Source: a bacterium (GTDB lineage: Bacteria; Planctomycetota; Planctomycetia; Gemmatales; Gemmataceae). Taken from it: a DNA stretch of 64,000 nucleotides. The translations under genes were made by a program, and so were the position numbers. Position 1 is the first letter of the stretch. Each line of letters starts with the position of its first letter. The notes beneath the pieces were generated by a model that worked only from the letters and a program-made list of their open reading frames with translations, was not told the DNA's origin and did not search any database. Shown here in pieces: positions 30,436 through 40,085 of the stretch. The stretch is taken from positions 23,412 through 87,411 of the forward strand of contig JAFKFQ010000258.1 of NCBI GenBank assembly GCA_017308215.1, in the 5' to 3' direction.

Positions 30436-30537
30436 GGCCCCGTAGCGCAAGCGGTCCTGCTGTTCGAACAGCCGGTCGCCTCGCGCGGAACCTCCGGTGG
30501 AGCCCGGAGGCACCCGGAGGTAAGGGGCGATTCGCGT

Positions 30538-31914
30538 TCAGTTCGCCTTCGCGGCCTCAGGTGTCGCCCGTCTGACGCGAATCAGTTCGGTGCCGGTACG
30601 GATTAGAAACCCATCAGGAATGACAGCCACGCCGTAGACCACATCCCCCACGGCGTCCCGAAGCATGACTTCCATCGCGTCTCGCCCTTGCGGGGGGAGA
30701 GGCGGGAACTGGTTCTCCGGGCTGCTTTTGCTGAGGGTGGTCCGTTTGGCGAGTTCATCCTTTCCCCAGAGCCGGTTCGTGGCGAGCGGGCGGAACTCGG
30801 CACCGGCCGCGACAACGGTGGTCACGCCGTCCTTCCCGAAGCAGTAGAGCCGGTCGCCGGCAGAAACCGGAGTTGCCCAGCACGGGCTCTCAAGCCGCTC
30901 GCTGTAGCGCTCCTCTCCGGTCTTGAGGTCCAGGCAGTGGAGGATGCCGTGCTTGGTCACGTAGTAGACGTGCTCGCCGCCGACGACCGGGCTCGCGTGC
31001 TGGAGGACAACCCGTTTCCCCTCCCACACCTTTTCACACCCGAGCTTTCCGTTCACAGCGGTAAGCCGCACGCAGCAGTTCGACTTCGCGGCCGCCTTCA
31101 TGTCGAAGGTGATGCCGCTCTCTCCCGCGCCGACGAAGACGAGGTCGCCCGCGAGAGTCGGGGAGGGGATGAGGTTCCCGGACAAACCGCCCAGGGACCA
31201 GACCTCGGCACCGTCTCCGGCGTCGTAGCCGGTGAGCGAGCCGTTGCTGCTCACGACGACGATTTCCCGCCCACCCTGAGTGGTGACGATCGGAGAGGTC
31301 CACGAGAGCCCGCTCTTCCGGTCCACCTTCCAAAGGGTCTTCCCGGTCGGCTTCTCGACGGCGAGCAGGTACGACTTCCCGCCGTGGTCTGCGAGGATGA
31401 CCACAGCCCGCTTCGTCTGGGCGAGCGAGCTCCCGAGGCCGTGGTGGTTCTTGAATTCTCCGAACTCGGGCGTGAGGGACCGCTGCCAGCGGACTCCGCC
31501 GGTGTGCGCGAGAGCGACAAGGTCGCCGCTTTCGAAGAATGCGTAAACACCGCCGACGTCTACCACGGGTGTCGGTGCCGCCCGGCTCATGGACGGGTTG
31601 TTCTTCCCCTTCTGGGAGGCGGGGAAGCGCTCCTCCCAGGCGAGCTTCCCCGAGGCGACATCGACCGCGCAGGCGACACAGGTCTCCTTCTCCTTTCCTT
31701 CCACCGCGGTGACGAAGGCCTGCCCCTCCCAGACGACCGGCGAGGACTGACCGTAGCCGGGGAGGGAAAGTCGCCAGGCGATGTTCTCGGTCGGGGTCCA
31801 GCGAAGCGGTAGGTCTGAGGCGGAAGTCCGATTTGTGCCGTCGCCCCGGAATCCGGGCCAGTTGGGACCGGGGTCGGCACAGGCGAGTAGCGATAGAAGG
31901 GCTAGGGACGACAT
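30538..31914 (-). CDS. PQQ-like beta-propeller repeat protein
   Basis: NWPGFRG, GQSSPVVW, repeated GKxLW and SPV blade motifs. Confidence 0.9.
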   Translation of the reverse strand: MSSLALLSLLACADPGPNWPGFRGDGTNRTSASDLPLRWTPTENIAWRLSLPGYGQSSPVVWEGQAFVTAVEGKEKETCVACAVDVASGKLAWEERFPASQKGKNNPSMSRAAPTPVVDVGGVYAFFESGDLVALAHTGGVRWQRSLTPEFGEFKNHHGLGSSLAQTKRAVVILADHGGKSYLLAVEKPTGKTLWKVDRKSGLSWTSPIVTTQGGREIVVVSSNGSLTGYDAGDGAEVWSLGGLSGNLIPSPTLAGDLVFVGAGESGITFDMKAAAKSNCCVRLTAVNGKLGCEKVWEGKRVVLQHASPVVGGEHVYYVTKHGILHCLDLKTGEERYSERLESPCWATPVSAGDRLYCFGKDGVTTVVAAGAEFRPLATNRLWGKDELAKRTTLSKSSPENQFPPLPPQGRDAMEVMLRDAVGDVVYGVAVIPDGFLIRTGTELIRVRRATPEAAKAN

Positions 31915-31955
31915 CGTTGATGCCTCCGGACGGGATTCGGTGGTGGGAGAACGGA

Positions 31956-32807
31956 CTAGGACCGGCCGACTCGGAGCGAACCTCCGGGGAGGAAGGCGGT
32001 CATGACGGCTCCGCCGAGGGCGGCGACGAGCGCGAGGAGGACGACCGGGCTGCTGATGAGCCCGTAGTGTTGCTGCTCAAAACTCGCAGCAACGATCCAG
32101 CCGAGAACGACGACAAGACAACCAGCGGCAGAGACCGTCATCGGAAGGAGGATGCGCGCGGGACGACGGCACGCGAGGAGGATCCCTGCGGCAAGAAGAT
32201 CCCACATCGCAATTGCTAGTCCGCCCACCTCCCGCGAGTCGAGCCCGTAGCACCAGCCGTTCTTCTCGAACGGGCAGTACGTCCCGAGAGCGATGCCGGA
32301 ACCGGTGAGCACTGCCGCGGCGACCGCGAGGAGAATCGCCGCGCGGCGGATGGTGACCCGTTGGCCGATCGCCGGCTCACGAACCAGCCGGGCGAACAGG
32401 AACGACAGGGCGAGTCCGCCGAGGAGGACCGAGGCCGCGTAGCCAAGAAGCACTGCACCCATGTGCCCCGCGAGGAGCGCGGCGAGCCCGCCGGCAGAAA
32501 GCTTCGGCGCGAGCACGTACCCGACGAGGATCAGGATCGCCGCGGCACACGTCCAAACAACTTGCACCGGCCGCCAGGGCAGTGGCGGTGTCGGAATTTT
32601 CGTGAACTCGGTCGCGATCTCATTCGCGAGACCGAGCCGCGTGACCGCGCGACGAAACGCCTCACCGTGGTCGGGACACTCTTCGCGGAGCGCGTCGAGC
32701 GTGTCCCAGAGGTGACACTCCAACTCGTCGAGGGCGTCGCGCCGCCCGGCGAAGAACTTCGCAGTTTGCTCGCGCCAGGCGGCGACAAGGGATTCAAGTT
32801 CAGGCAT
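31956..32807 (-). CDS. Membrane protein: permease-prefix (HAAS-like) N-terminal domain plus degenerate CcsA-like TM domain
   Basis: DELECHL...AVTRLG...IATEF; HMGAVLLGYA; GIALG...GWCYGLDSRE. Confidence 0.7.
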   Translation of the reverse strand: MPELESLVAAWREQTAKFFAGRRDALDELECHLWDTLDALREECPDHGEAFRRAVTRLGLANEIATEFTKIPTPPLPWRPVQVVWTCAAAILILVGYVLAPKLSAGGLAALLAGHMGAVLLGYAASVLLGGLALSFLFARLVREPAIGQRVTIRRAAILLAVAAAVLTGSGIALGTYCPFEKNGWCYGLDSREVGGLAIAMWDLLAAGILLACRRPARILLPMTVSAAGCLVVVLGWIVAASFEQQHYGLISSPVVLLALVAALGGAVMTAFLPGGSLRVGRS

Positions 32808-33135
32808 CGGCTGCCCCCCAGAGTCGGGTCAGTGTCGCCTGCACCACCCCCCACTGTTCCTTCTGTTCGGCGAGTTCCGCGCGGCCCTCTTTGGTGAGCG
32901 AGTAGTACTTCCGCTTTCGCCCGGCGTCGGACAGTCCCCAGCGAGCGGTGACGAACCCTTGGCCCTCCAGCCGGTGGAGGACGGGGTAGAGCATCCCGTC
33001 GGTCCACTCGATCTGCTCGGCGGAGAGTTCCCGGACCCGCTCGATGATGGCGTATCCGTAACTCTCGCCGCCTTCGAGCAGGGAAAGGACGAGTGGGGCC
33101 GCAGACGCGCCCACCAGGTCTTTCGAGAGCTTCAT
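32800..33135 (-). CDS. PadR family transcriptional regulator
   Basis: ESYGYAII, GMLYPVLHRLE, GRKRKYYSLT. Confidence 0.93.
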   Translation of the reverse strand: MKLSKDLVGASAAPLVLSLLEGGESYGYAIIERVRELSAEQIEWTDGMLYPVLHRLEGQGFVTARWGLSDAGRKRKYYSLTKEGRAELAEQKEQWGVVQATLTRLWGAADA

Positions 33136-33144
33136 GCAGAAACG

Positions 33145-33165
33145 ATACGTAACAGTTCTAGGTAT
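33145..33165. promoter_or_regulatory. Imperfect palindrome, probable PadR autoregulatory operator
   Basis: ATACGTA-N7-TAGGTAT, 10 nt upstream of the padR start. Confidence 0.4.
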
Positions 33166-33340
33166 GGCAATGCGGGTTCCCGAATTCTCGGAGGGTGGGT
33201 TGTGGCTGCGGGCACGAGGCGTGTTCGCTGCGGGTCAGCGTGCGGCCTCTCCGAGGGAGCGACACACACGTCATGCCACGTCGCGGGATCGTGGTGCCAT
33301 CCACGCGGGATCCCCAGCCGTCCGAGGATCCCACGTCGGG

Positions 33341-34387
33341 CTAAAAATCGCTGAGCACCTGCCCGTCATCGCGGAGCATCAGGTTAAGGAACGTGCCCAG
33401 GTCGATCGAGTCGCGGATGAAGCGGGCCGACCCGTCGGCGAGGCTGACGTGGACCCCGCCGGTGTGGAAGCTGTACGGCTGCCCGCTGTTGGTGTGGTTG
33501 ATGAACTTGTAGGTGCCCGGGGCGGAGTCGATTGCCGCCTCCCACGCGGATCCGAGGCTCGGGTCGGTCGCGGTGATCGGCGGAGTGGGGCTCCCTGCGA
33601 CACCCCGCCCGCTGTTCGTCGGGCTGCTGGCGGCAGTCAGATTGTCCGCGCGGTAGGCGCGCATCTTCACCCCGTCTCCGGCCCCGGCCCACGCAAGTGA
33701 CACCGCTCCGGTCACCGTCCGCCCCTGGACGTAGAGGAGGGGAGACCCGGCGCACTCGTAGAAGAGCATCGTGTTGCTGTACCCGTCGGTGATGGCCGCG
33801 TAGCTCGCCCCGCGGCGGCGGGGGTCGGTGCTCCGGGAGTCGGGCGGGCTCATCGCGGTGTTGAAGTTCATCTGCGGCTCCCCCTCTTGGTACCACAGCG
33901 GGTGGCCGACCGGGCGGAGGGCCGGGATGCGGGGAGAGGTGTAGTCCGTCGCCTGGGCGTTCAGCGTCGCGTTGACCGCGATCGTCCGGTCGCCCGGGGT
34001 GCTCGGGCACTGGAAGATCGGCACCGGGACGTTGAAGTAGGTACGGAGCTGGGCCGACCACCCGGAGTCGGTGAGAGCCCCGTTGAACCCGTGCAGGCCG
34101 TTCGAGTGCCGCGCTGCCTCGAACTCCTGTGACATGGTGACCTGCTCGACGTAAGGCAGGACGCGCCACAGAGACCCGGTTCGGGAGTACGGGAAGTAGT
34201 TGTTGTTGTGCTCGTACTGCATCATCCCGAGGCCGATCTGCTTCATGTTGTTCAGACACTTGGCCCGGGCGGCGGCGGCCCGAACCTTTTGCACGGCGGG
34301 TAGCAGCAAGCCGATGAGCACCGCGATGATGGCGATGACGACGAGCAGCTCGATGAGGGTGAAGGCGCGACGGGACTGGCGGCTCAT
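33341..34387 (-). CDS. DUF1559 prepilin-type N-terminal cleavage/H-X9-DG protein (Planctomycetota)
   Basis: [29 protein letters not shown]; [15 protein letters not shown]. Confidence 0.95.
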   Translation of the reverse strand: MSRQSRRAFTLIELLVVIAIIAVLIGLLLPAVQKVRAAAARAKCLNNMKQIGLGMMQYEHNNNYFPYSRTGSLWRVLPYVEQVTMSQEFEAARHSNGLHGFNGALTDSGWSAQLRTYFNVPVPIFQCPSTPGDRTIAVNATLNAQATDYTSPRIPALRPVGHPLWYQEGEPQMNFNTAMSPPDSRSTDPRRRGASYAAITDGYSNTMLFYECAGSPLLYVQGRTVTGAVSLAWAGAGDGVKMRAYRADNLTAASSPTNSGRGVAGSPTPPITATDPSLGSAWEAAIDSAPGTYKFINHTNSGQPYSFHTGGVHVSLADGSARFIRDSIDLGTFLNLMLRDDGQVLSDF

Positions 34388-34504
34388 GGCCGATCTCCGG
34401 GCGAACGGGTGGTGATGAGCCGCGTTGCGTCGGCTGGTGAGCGTCGGGCAAGACGGCGGACCGTCCCCGCGCGTCCCGATCGGAGGCGGAGCGTGCTCGG
34501 CGGG

Positions 34505-34525
34505 TACTGAGATTCAATCTCAGTA
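34505..34525. promoter_or_regulatory. Perfect 10-1-10 palindrome, Fur-family-like box
   Basis: TACTGAGATT-C-AATCTCAGTA, about 118 nt upstream of the DUF1559 gene. Confidence 0.6.
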
Positions 34526-34894
34526 AGTAGAGTGTACTTTACGGAGCCAATTTGGTCGGTCAACGACCATATGCGGGTTTTTCAAGGAAATTTGCCTGGC
34601 TTAATAACGATCAGTCTGGATCTGTAGAGTCCAAAAGGCCAATTATTATCCACAATATTCAAATATATTTACTTAGTTTGAATGTTTCAAATGCGTCGCT
34701 TTGCCGCTCACAACTCGTTCTCAAACGCGAAATAATCTCAGGCTTACTCGAGTCGCGTGGTCCGCTCGCATCCAAATGGAACTTATCTCGATCTCGTCGG
34801 GCGCAGGCAGCGTTTGAGTGACGTACGCACTCGCCGTCGGGGTTGCGAGGAGACGAGCACGGAACCGCCGCCGCGGAAATTCTCGGTTGTTGTT

Positions 34895-35986
34895 TCACCC
34901 ATCAGTCTCGTTGGTGAGCCGAGCCGGCGTCGCATGATCATGACGGTGGTGGATGTCGGGGTAGTGAGGGTGGGAGTGCCGCATGGGCGCGTGCCTGTGC
35001 GGGTGGCTGTGCGGCTCTCCTGGCGGGTCGTCGGGACCGTGCTTGTGCTGGTGGTGTTCGTCATGCACGTGGCTGTGGTCGTGGAACATCTCCTCGTGGT
35101 CGTGCTCGTGGGCGTGCTCCTCGGTGAGGTGGAGCCAGACGCCGACGCCCATCAGGGCCGCAGCAACGAAGAATCCGAAGCCCGGTTGGTCCCCGAGAAG
35201 AGGAACCGAGACGGCCGCGCCGACAAACGGGGCGACGGAGAAGTAGGCTCCGGTGCGTGCCGTGCCGAGCGTCCGGAGGGCGAGAACGAAGAAGGTCAGA
35301 CTGAGCCCGTAGCCGAGAAGTCCGACAACGCCCGCGGCGAGCGCGGTGAGTGGTCCCGGTAACTCTGCACCACGGGCGAGCGCGATTGCGAGGTTCGTAC
35401 TCCCGGCGACGAGCCCCTTGATCGCGGCGATCTGGACCGGATCTCCGCCCGAGACGACCCGGGTGAGGTTGTTGTCAATTGCCCACGCAAGGCAGGCTCC
35501 GGCGATCGTGAGTGAGGCCCACGGGAGGCCGGACTCGGGCCGTCCTTCCCAGGAGAGCACGATTCCGCCGGCCGTGATGGCGACCATGCCGAGGGCGATG
35601 CGCCGGTCGAAGTTCTCCTTGAAGACGAACCAGGCAAGAACTGCCGTGAGGACTCCTTCGAGGTTGAGCAGGAGCGAGGCGGTTGAACCCGGAGTGTTCA
35701 CGAGCCCGGTCATGAGCAGCACGGGCGCGACGATGCCACCGAAGAACACCGCGCCGGCGAGCCACGGGAGGTCTTTCCGCTTCAGGCTGGCTTCCGTCGT
35801 TGTTGACTCGTCGCCGCTCGATGTGAACCACCACCACGCTCCGAGACAGAGCCCGGAGCCGAGGTAGAGGAGGCCGGCGAGGAGAACGGGCTCGACTCTG
35901 CCGACGAACAACTTCGCAAGCGGCGTGCTCGCGCCGAAGAGCCCGGCGGCCCCGAGTGCGTAGAGAACTCCGCGGTCAAGTTTCAT
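34895..35986 (-). CDS. EamA/DMT transporter with His-rich C-terminal tail
   Basis: About 10 TM helices; FGASTPLAK; tail HAHEHDH...HYPDIHHRHDH. Confidence 0.9.
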   Translation of the reverse strand: MKLDRGVLYALGAAGLFGASTPLAKLFVGRVEPVLLAGLLYLGSGLCLGAWWWFTSSGDESTTTEASLKRKDLPWLAGAVFFGGIVAPVLLMTGLVNTPGSTASLLLNLEGVLTAVLAWFVFKENFDRRIALGMVAITAGGIVLSWEGRPESGLPWASLTIAGACLAWAIDNNLTRVVSGGDPVQIAAIKGLVAGSTNLAIALARGAELPGPLTALAAGVVGLLGYGLSLTFFVLALRTLGTARTGAYFSVAPFVGAAVSVPLLGDQPGFGFFVAAALMGVGVWLHLTEEHAHEHDHEEMFHDHSHVHDEHHQHKHGPDDPPGEPHSHPHRHAPMRHSHPHYPDIHHRHDHATPARLTNETDG

Positions 35987-36034
35987 TCGTCTCAGGCGCT
36001 CCGAATTTCGATGGCGACTTCTGTATACCCCCGC

Positions 36035-36067
36035 GCGGGCGGGCGCCGCAAACGGCGGCCCGCCCGC
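36035..36067. terminator. GC-rich hairpin after RND cluster 3
   Basis: GCGGGCGGGCGCCG-caaa-CGGCgGCCCGCCCGC; no U-tract. Confidence 0.4.
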
Positions 36068-36078
36068 GGCGGTTCTGA

Positions 36079-36603
36079 TCAGTGATCACCTTCCTTGAAC
36101 GAGCCGGACGCCGGTCGGCCGTTGATCTGGCCGGTCAATGTCCCCTCGAAGTCGGCGACGTTGCCGAGCCCGGGGTCGGTGCCGACGAACGTCGTCGCCT
36201 TGCCGTCCTTCGCGTCCGTCGGCTGCATCTTGATCGTCATGGGCGCGACCACCGTCCCCTCCTTGGTCTTGGTCGCCTTGGTCGACAGGGTGAACTCGGT
36301 CGCCGCAACGGCCATCGCCTTGGCGTCCTTGTTGTCCCCGTTGACGAACAGGATCTTGCACTCCTTCGTGGTGTGGTCGACGGTGAACTCGGCGTGGTCC
36401 TTGCCCAGGTCGAAGATCACCCCGCCGTTCGGCCCCGCACCGTGCGGGACGTGGTCGCCGTCCTTTCCGCCCTTCTTGTCACCACCCTTCTTGTCGCCGC
36501 CCTTCGCGGCCTCGTTCTTCGACGCCTCGCCCTTCGGGCCGCAGCCGCTTACGGCGAGGGCCGTCACCAGGACTCCGAGCACGAGCCACTTTCCGTTCGT
36601 CAT
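36079..36603 (-). CDS. Lipoprotein, putative metal-binding (GPxGG family)
   Basis: Lipobox VSGC; HVPHGAGPNGGVIFDLGKDHAEFTVDH. Confidence 0.85.
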   Translation of the reverse strand: MTNGKWLVLGVLVTALAVSGCGPKGEASKNEAAKGGDKKGGDKKGGKDGDHVPHGAGPNGGVIFDLGKDHAEFTVDHTTKECKILFVNGDNKDAKAMAVAATEFTLSTKATKTKEGTVVAPMTIKMQPTDAKDGKATTFVGTDPGLGNVADFEGTLTGQINGRPASGSFKEGDH

Positions 36604-36652
36604 CGCATCGGTCCTTTCACAGTGGGTCGGAACAGGTCGCGCGCCCGTGCGC

Positions 36653-39600
36653 TCACCCCGCCGCCTTGAGGAGTTCCTCGTCGGAACCCTCGGAGCGGAC
36701 GAGGCGTTCGGCGTCCTTGCCGGAGAACTTCCAGAACAGCCCGGGGTGGATGAAGAACTCGCAGAACGTCGAGGTCATCAGCCCGCCCAGGATCACGGTG
36801 GCCACCGGGTAGAGGATCTCAAGCCCCGGCTTCTTGCCGCCCACGACGAGCGGGATGAGCCCGATCCCGGCCGTGAGCGCGGTCATCAGCACCGGGGCCA
36901 GCCGCTCCAGGCTGCCCCGCAGTACGGTCTCGCGGGAGAAGGGCTGGCCCTCCTCCTTCATCAGGTGGAAGTAGTGTGTGACGAGGAGGATGCCGTTTCG
37001 CACCGCGATGCCGCCGAGCGAGACGAAGCCGACGAGGCTCGCCACCGTGAGCGTTTGGTTCGTGATGACGAGCGCGAGCACCCCGCCGATGAAGGCCGTG
37101 GGGATGGCGTTTAGGATCTGGAGTGTGATGCGGACCGACGGGTAGAGCATCATCAGCACGAGGAAGATGCCGGCTAGCGAGACCAAGGCGAGGACGGAGA
37201 TGAGCCGCGTTGCGGAGCGCTGCGACTCGAATTGCCCGCCGAACTCGACGAAGTAGCCTTCGGGCATCCTCACCTGGCCCCGCACCTTCCGCTCAATTTC
37301 TTCGACCGTGCTCACGAGGTCGCGGTCAGCGACGTTGCAACGCACCACCTGCTTCCGGCGGACGTTCTCGCGGTTGACGAGGTTGGGGCCGCTCGCGGAC
37401 TTCGGGAAGTCGGCGACCTCGCGGAGGCGAATCTGCCCGCCGTCGTTCGGAAGCTCAAGCCGCAACTCGCCGAGCCGGTATGCGTCCGAGCGGAACGGCT
37501 CCTTGAGTTTCACGACGAGCTCAAACCGCCGCTGCCCTTCGAGAACGACTGACACGGGCTCGCCCTTGAGCGCGGTCTGGACGAAGTCGGCGACGTAGTC
37601 CCGGCTCAACTTGTAGTGGGCAAGGTCGTCCGGGCGGAGAACGACGTGGACTTCGTCGATGCGCTCTTGGGGGTCGATGATCGGGGGCGTGACGCCTGGA
37701 ACCTGGGCGACGACGTCGCGGATCTGCCCGGCGAGCTCCCGGAGCTTGTCCAGGTCGTCGCCGTAGATGACGATGGCGATCTGCGAGCGAACGCCGGAGA
37801 GCATGTGGCTGATGAGGTGGGAGAGCGGTTGCTCGGTCTCGATCTCCACCCCCGGAACGGCCGCGCGCAGGTCCGCAAGCAGCGAGCGCAAGAAGTCGTC
37901 GCGCCGGACCCCGGACTCGGGGTTCATGGTGAGGATGTATTCGCCCACGTTCACCGGCTCGGCGTGTTCGTCGAGCTCCGCCCGACCCGTCCGCCGGGCG
38001 AAGTGGAGGATCGGCCCGTTCGGATTCTCGGGCGTCTTCTGCATCGTCTTGAGGCGCGCATCAACGAGCGCGGCCGCCTCGTTCGACGCCTTCAGAGACG
38101 AACCGCCGGGGAGCGCGACGTTCACCTGCACGCTCCCCTCGTCGAACTTCGGGAGGAAGTCCGCACCGATCGTGGTGAGCTTCCATCCGCAGTAGCCGAC
38201 GGCGACCCAGGTGAGGAGGAGGAGCAAGCCGGCGCGGCGCATGCTGAAGCGGATGAGGAATCCGGCCGCCCACTTGAGCACCCGCAGCAGGAGTCCGTCG
38301 TGGTGGGCGTGCGCCTCTTTGGAGGCACCGAGCAGGTAGTAGGAGAGGACCGGGGTGACGGTGAGCGAGACGACGAGCGACGCGAGAATGGAAACGATGT
38401 AGGCGACGCCGAGCGGTACGAAGAGGCGCCCCTCGACGCCCGAGAGGGCGAAGAGCGGCATGAACGCGAGGATGACGACGGCCGTGCCGAAGACGATGGC
38501 GGAGCGGATCTCGCGGCTCGCCTCGTAGACGACCACAATCGACGGCTTCGGGCTCGGCAGTGCGGCGTTCTCGCCGAGCCGCCGGTAGATGTTCTCCACG
38601 TCCACGATGGCGTCATCGACGAGTTCGCCCATCGCCACCGCGATCCCGCCGAGCGTCATGACGTTGATCGATAGCTCTTGCCCGGTGACGAGCCCGGCGA
38701 GCCGGAACACGAGAGTCGTGACCACGAGCGAGAGCGGGATCGCCGTGAGCGTGATGAACGTGGTGCGGAGGTTTAGCAGGAACAGGAAGAGCACGATGAC
38801 GACGAGGACCGCCCCGATGACGAGTGCCTCCTCGACATAGTAGACGCCGCGGTCGATGAAGCTCTTGAGCTGGAACAATTCAGTTTGAACGACGACGTCG
38901 GCGGGAAGTGCCGCCTCGGTCTCACGCAGCGCGGCCTTCACGTCGTCGGTCAACTTCCGCGTGTCCGCGTGGGGCTGCTTGACGATGGTCATGATCACAC
39001 CGGCGCTGCCGTCGATGCTCGCGTCGCCGCGCTTCGGTGCGGGGCCTTCGACCACGTCGGCCAGGTGGCCTAGGAGCACGGCTCGGTCCCGGTTCGGTTT
39101 CACCGCGACCTGCTTCAGGTCGTCGATGACCTTCTCCGGAAGCGGCCCGAGCCGGCCGATGACCCGCACCGGCCGCTCGCTCTGGCCCTCCTCGATGAAG
39201 CCCCCGCTCGCGTTCGAGTTGTTCGCTTTGATCGCCCCTTCGATCTCATTCAGCGAGACGCGGTACTCCTCAAGCTTGGTCGGGTCGATCAGCACCTGGT
39301 ACTGCTTCCGGTCGCCTCCCAGAACGATCACCTCGGCGATCCCGGAGAGCCGGAGCAGCCTCGGCCGAACCAACCAGTCGGCCGTGGTCCGCAGGTCCAT
39401 TCGCTCTTCGAGCGGCGTGCGGAACCTGGCCTCGTAGGACCGCCCGCCGGAGAGAAACGTGACACTCCTCCCCGGGGTTCCAGCGGACCAAGTGGGGCTG
39501 AGCACTTCCACCCGTTCCCACGCCTCGGGGCGGTTCCGCTCGCGTGGGCGCCAGACGGCGAGGCCGAAGTTGGCAGGCCCGCCGGTGCGCTCCGCGACGA

Positions 39601-40081
39601 GCCCGGTCTGCCCGACGGCCGAGAGCTCGCCGCCCTGCGGGCCTTTCCGGCGCGTGATGCCGACGTGCATGATCTGCCCCATGATCGACGCGGGCGGCGT
39701 CATCTGGGGGCGGATGCCCGGGGGCATGGTGACGGTCGCCATCCGCTCGGCGACGACCTGCCGCGCGTAGCGCGTCTCGGTCTTCCAGTCGAACTCGACG
39801 TAGATGACGTTCATCCCCTGGCTCGACTGGCTGCGCACGGCTTCCACGCCGGACGCGCCGAGGAGCGCCGTCTCGATCGGCTGGGTGACGAGTGACTCGA
39901 TCTCCTCCGGGGAGAGCCCCGGGCACTCGGTCAGGATGACCACCCGCGGGCGGTCGAGGTCGGGGAACACGTCGATGGGCAGCGTCGTCGAGAGGTACCC
40001 GCCGTAGGCGAGCACGACGAGGCAGCCGGCGAGGACGAGGGTCCGGTGCGTGAGGGCGAGGCGGATGATGGCGTTTAGCAT
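36653..40081 (-). CDS. Heavy-metal RND permease, paralog of 22673..26179
   Basis: IDVFPDLDRP, AVAMGELVDDAIVDVEN, ERLAPVLMTA. Confidence 0.93.
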   Translation of the reverse strand: MLNAIIRLALTHRTLVLAGCLVVLAYGGYLSTTLPIDVFPDLDRPRVVILTECPGLSPEEIESLVTQPIETALLGASGVEAVRSQSSQGMNVIYVEFDWKTETRYARQVVAERMATVTMPPGIRPQMTPPASIMGQIMHVGITRRKGPQGGELSAVGQTGLVAERTGGPANFGLAVWRPRERNRPEAWERVEVLSPTWSAGTPGRSVTFLSGGRSYEARFRTPLEERMDLRTTADWLVRPRLLRLSGIAEVIVLGGDRKQYQVLIDPTKLEEYRVSLNEIEGAIKANNSNASGGFIEEGQSERPVRVIGRLGPLPEKVIDDLKQVAVKPNRDRAVLLGHLADVVEGPAPKRGDASIDGSAGVIMTIVKQPHADTRKLTDDVKAALRETEAALPADVVVQTELFQLKSFIDRGVYYVEEALVIGAVLVVIVLFLFLLNLRTTFITLTAIPLSLVVTTLVFRLAGLVTGQELSINVMTLGGIAVAMGELVDDAIVDVENIYRRLGENAALPSPKPSIVVVYEASREIRSAIVFGTAVVILAFMPLFALSGVEGRLFVPLGVAYIVSILASLVVSLTVTPVLSYYLLGASKEAHAHHDGLLLRVLKWAAGFLIRFSMRRAGLLLLLTWVAVGYCGWKLTTIGADFLPKFDEGSVQVNVALPGGSSLKASNEAAALVDARLKTMQKTPENPNGPILHFARRTGRAELDEHAEPVNVGEYILTMNPESGVRRDDFLRSLLADLRAAVPGVEIETEQPLSHLISHMLSGVRSQIAIVIYGDDLDKLRELAGQIRDVVAQVPGVTPPIIDPQERIDEVHVVLRPDDLAHYKLSRDYVADFVQTALKGEPVSVVLEGQRRFELVVKLKEPFRSDAYRLGELRLELPNDGGQIRLREVADFPKSASGPNLVNRENVRRKQVVRCNVADRDLVSTVEEIERKVRGQVRMPEGYFVEFGGQFESQRSATRLISVLALVSLAGIFLVLMMLYPSVRITLQILNAIPTAFIGGVLALVITNQTLTVASLVGFVSLGGIAVRNGILLVTHYFHLMKEEGQPFSRETVLRGSLERLAPVLMTALTAGIGLIPLVVGGKKPGLEILYPVATVILGGLMTSTFCEFFIHPGLFWKFSGKDAERLVRSEGSDEELLKAAG

Positions 40082-40085
40082 GGCG

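Noticed and set aside
34646-34654. Perfect DnaA box TTATCCACA beside an AT-rich tract (possible origin)
   Set aside because: Single box, no iterons or rep gene nearby; can occur by chance.
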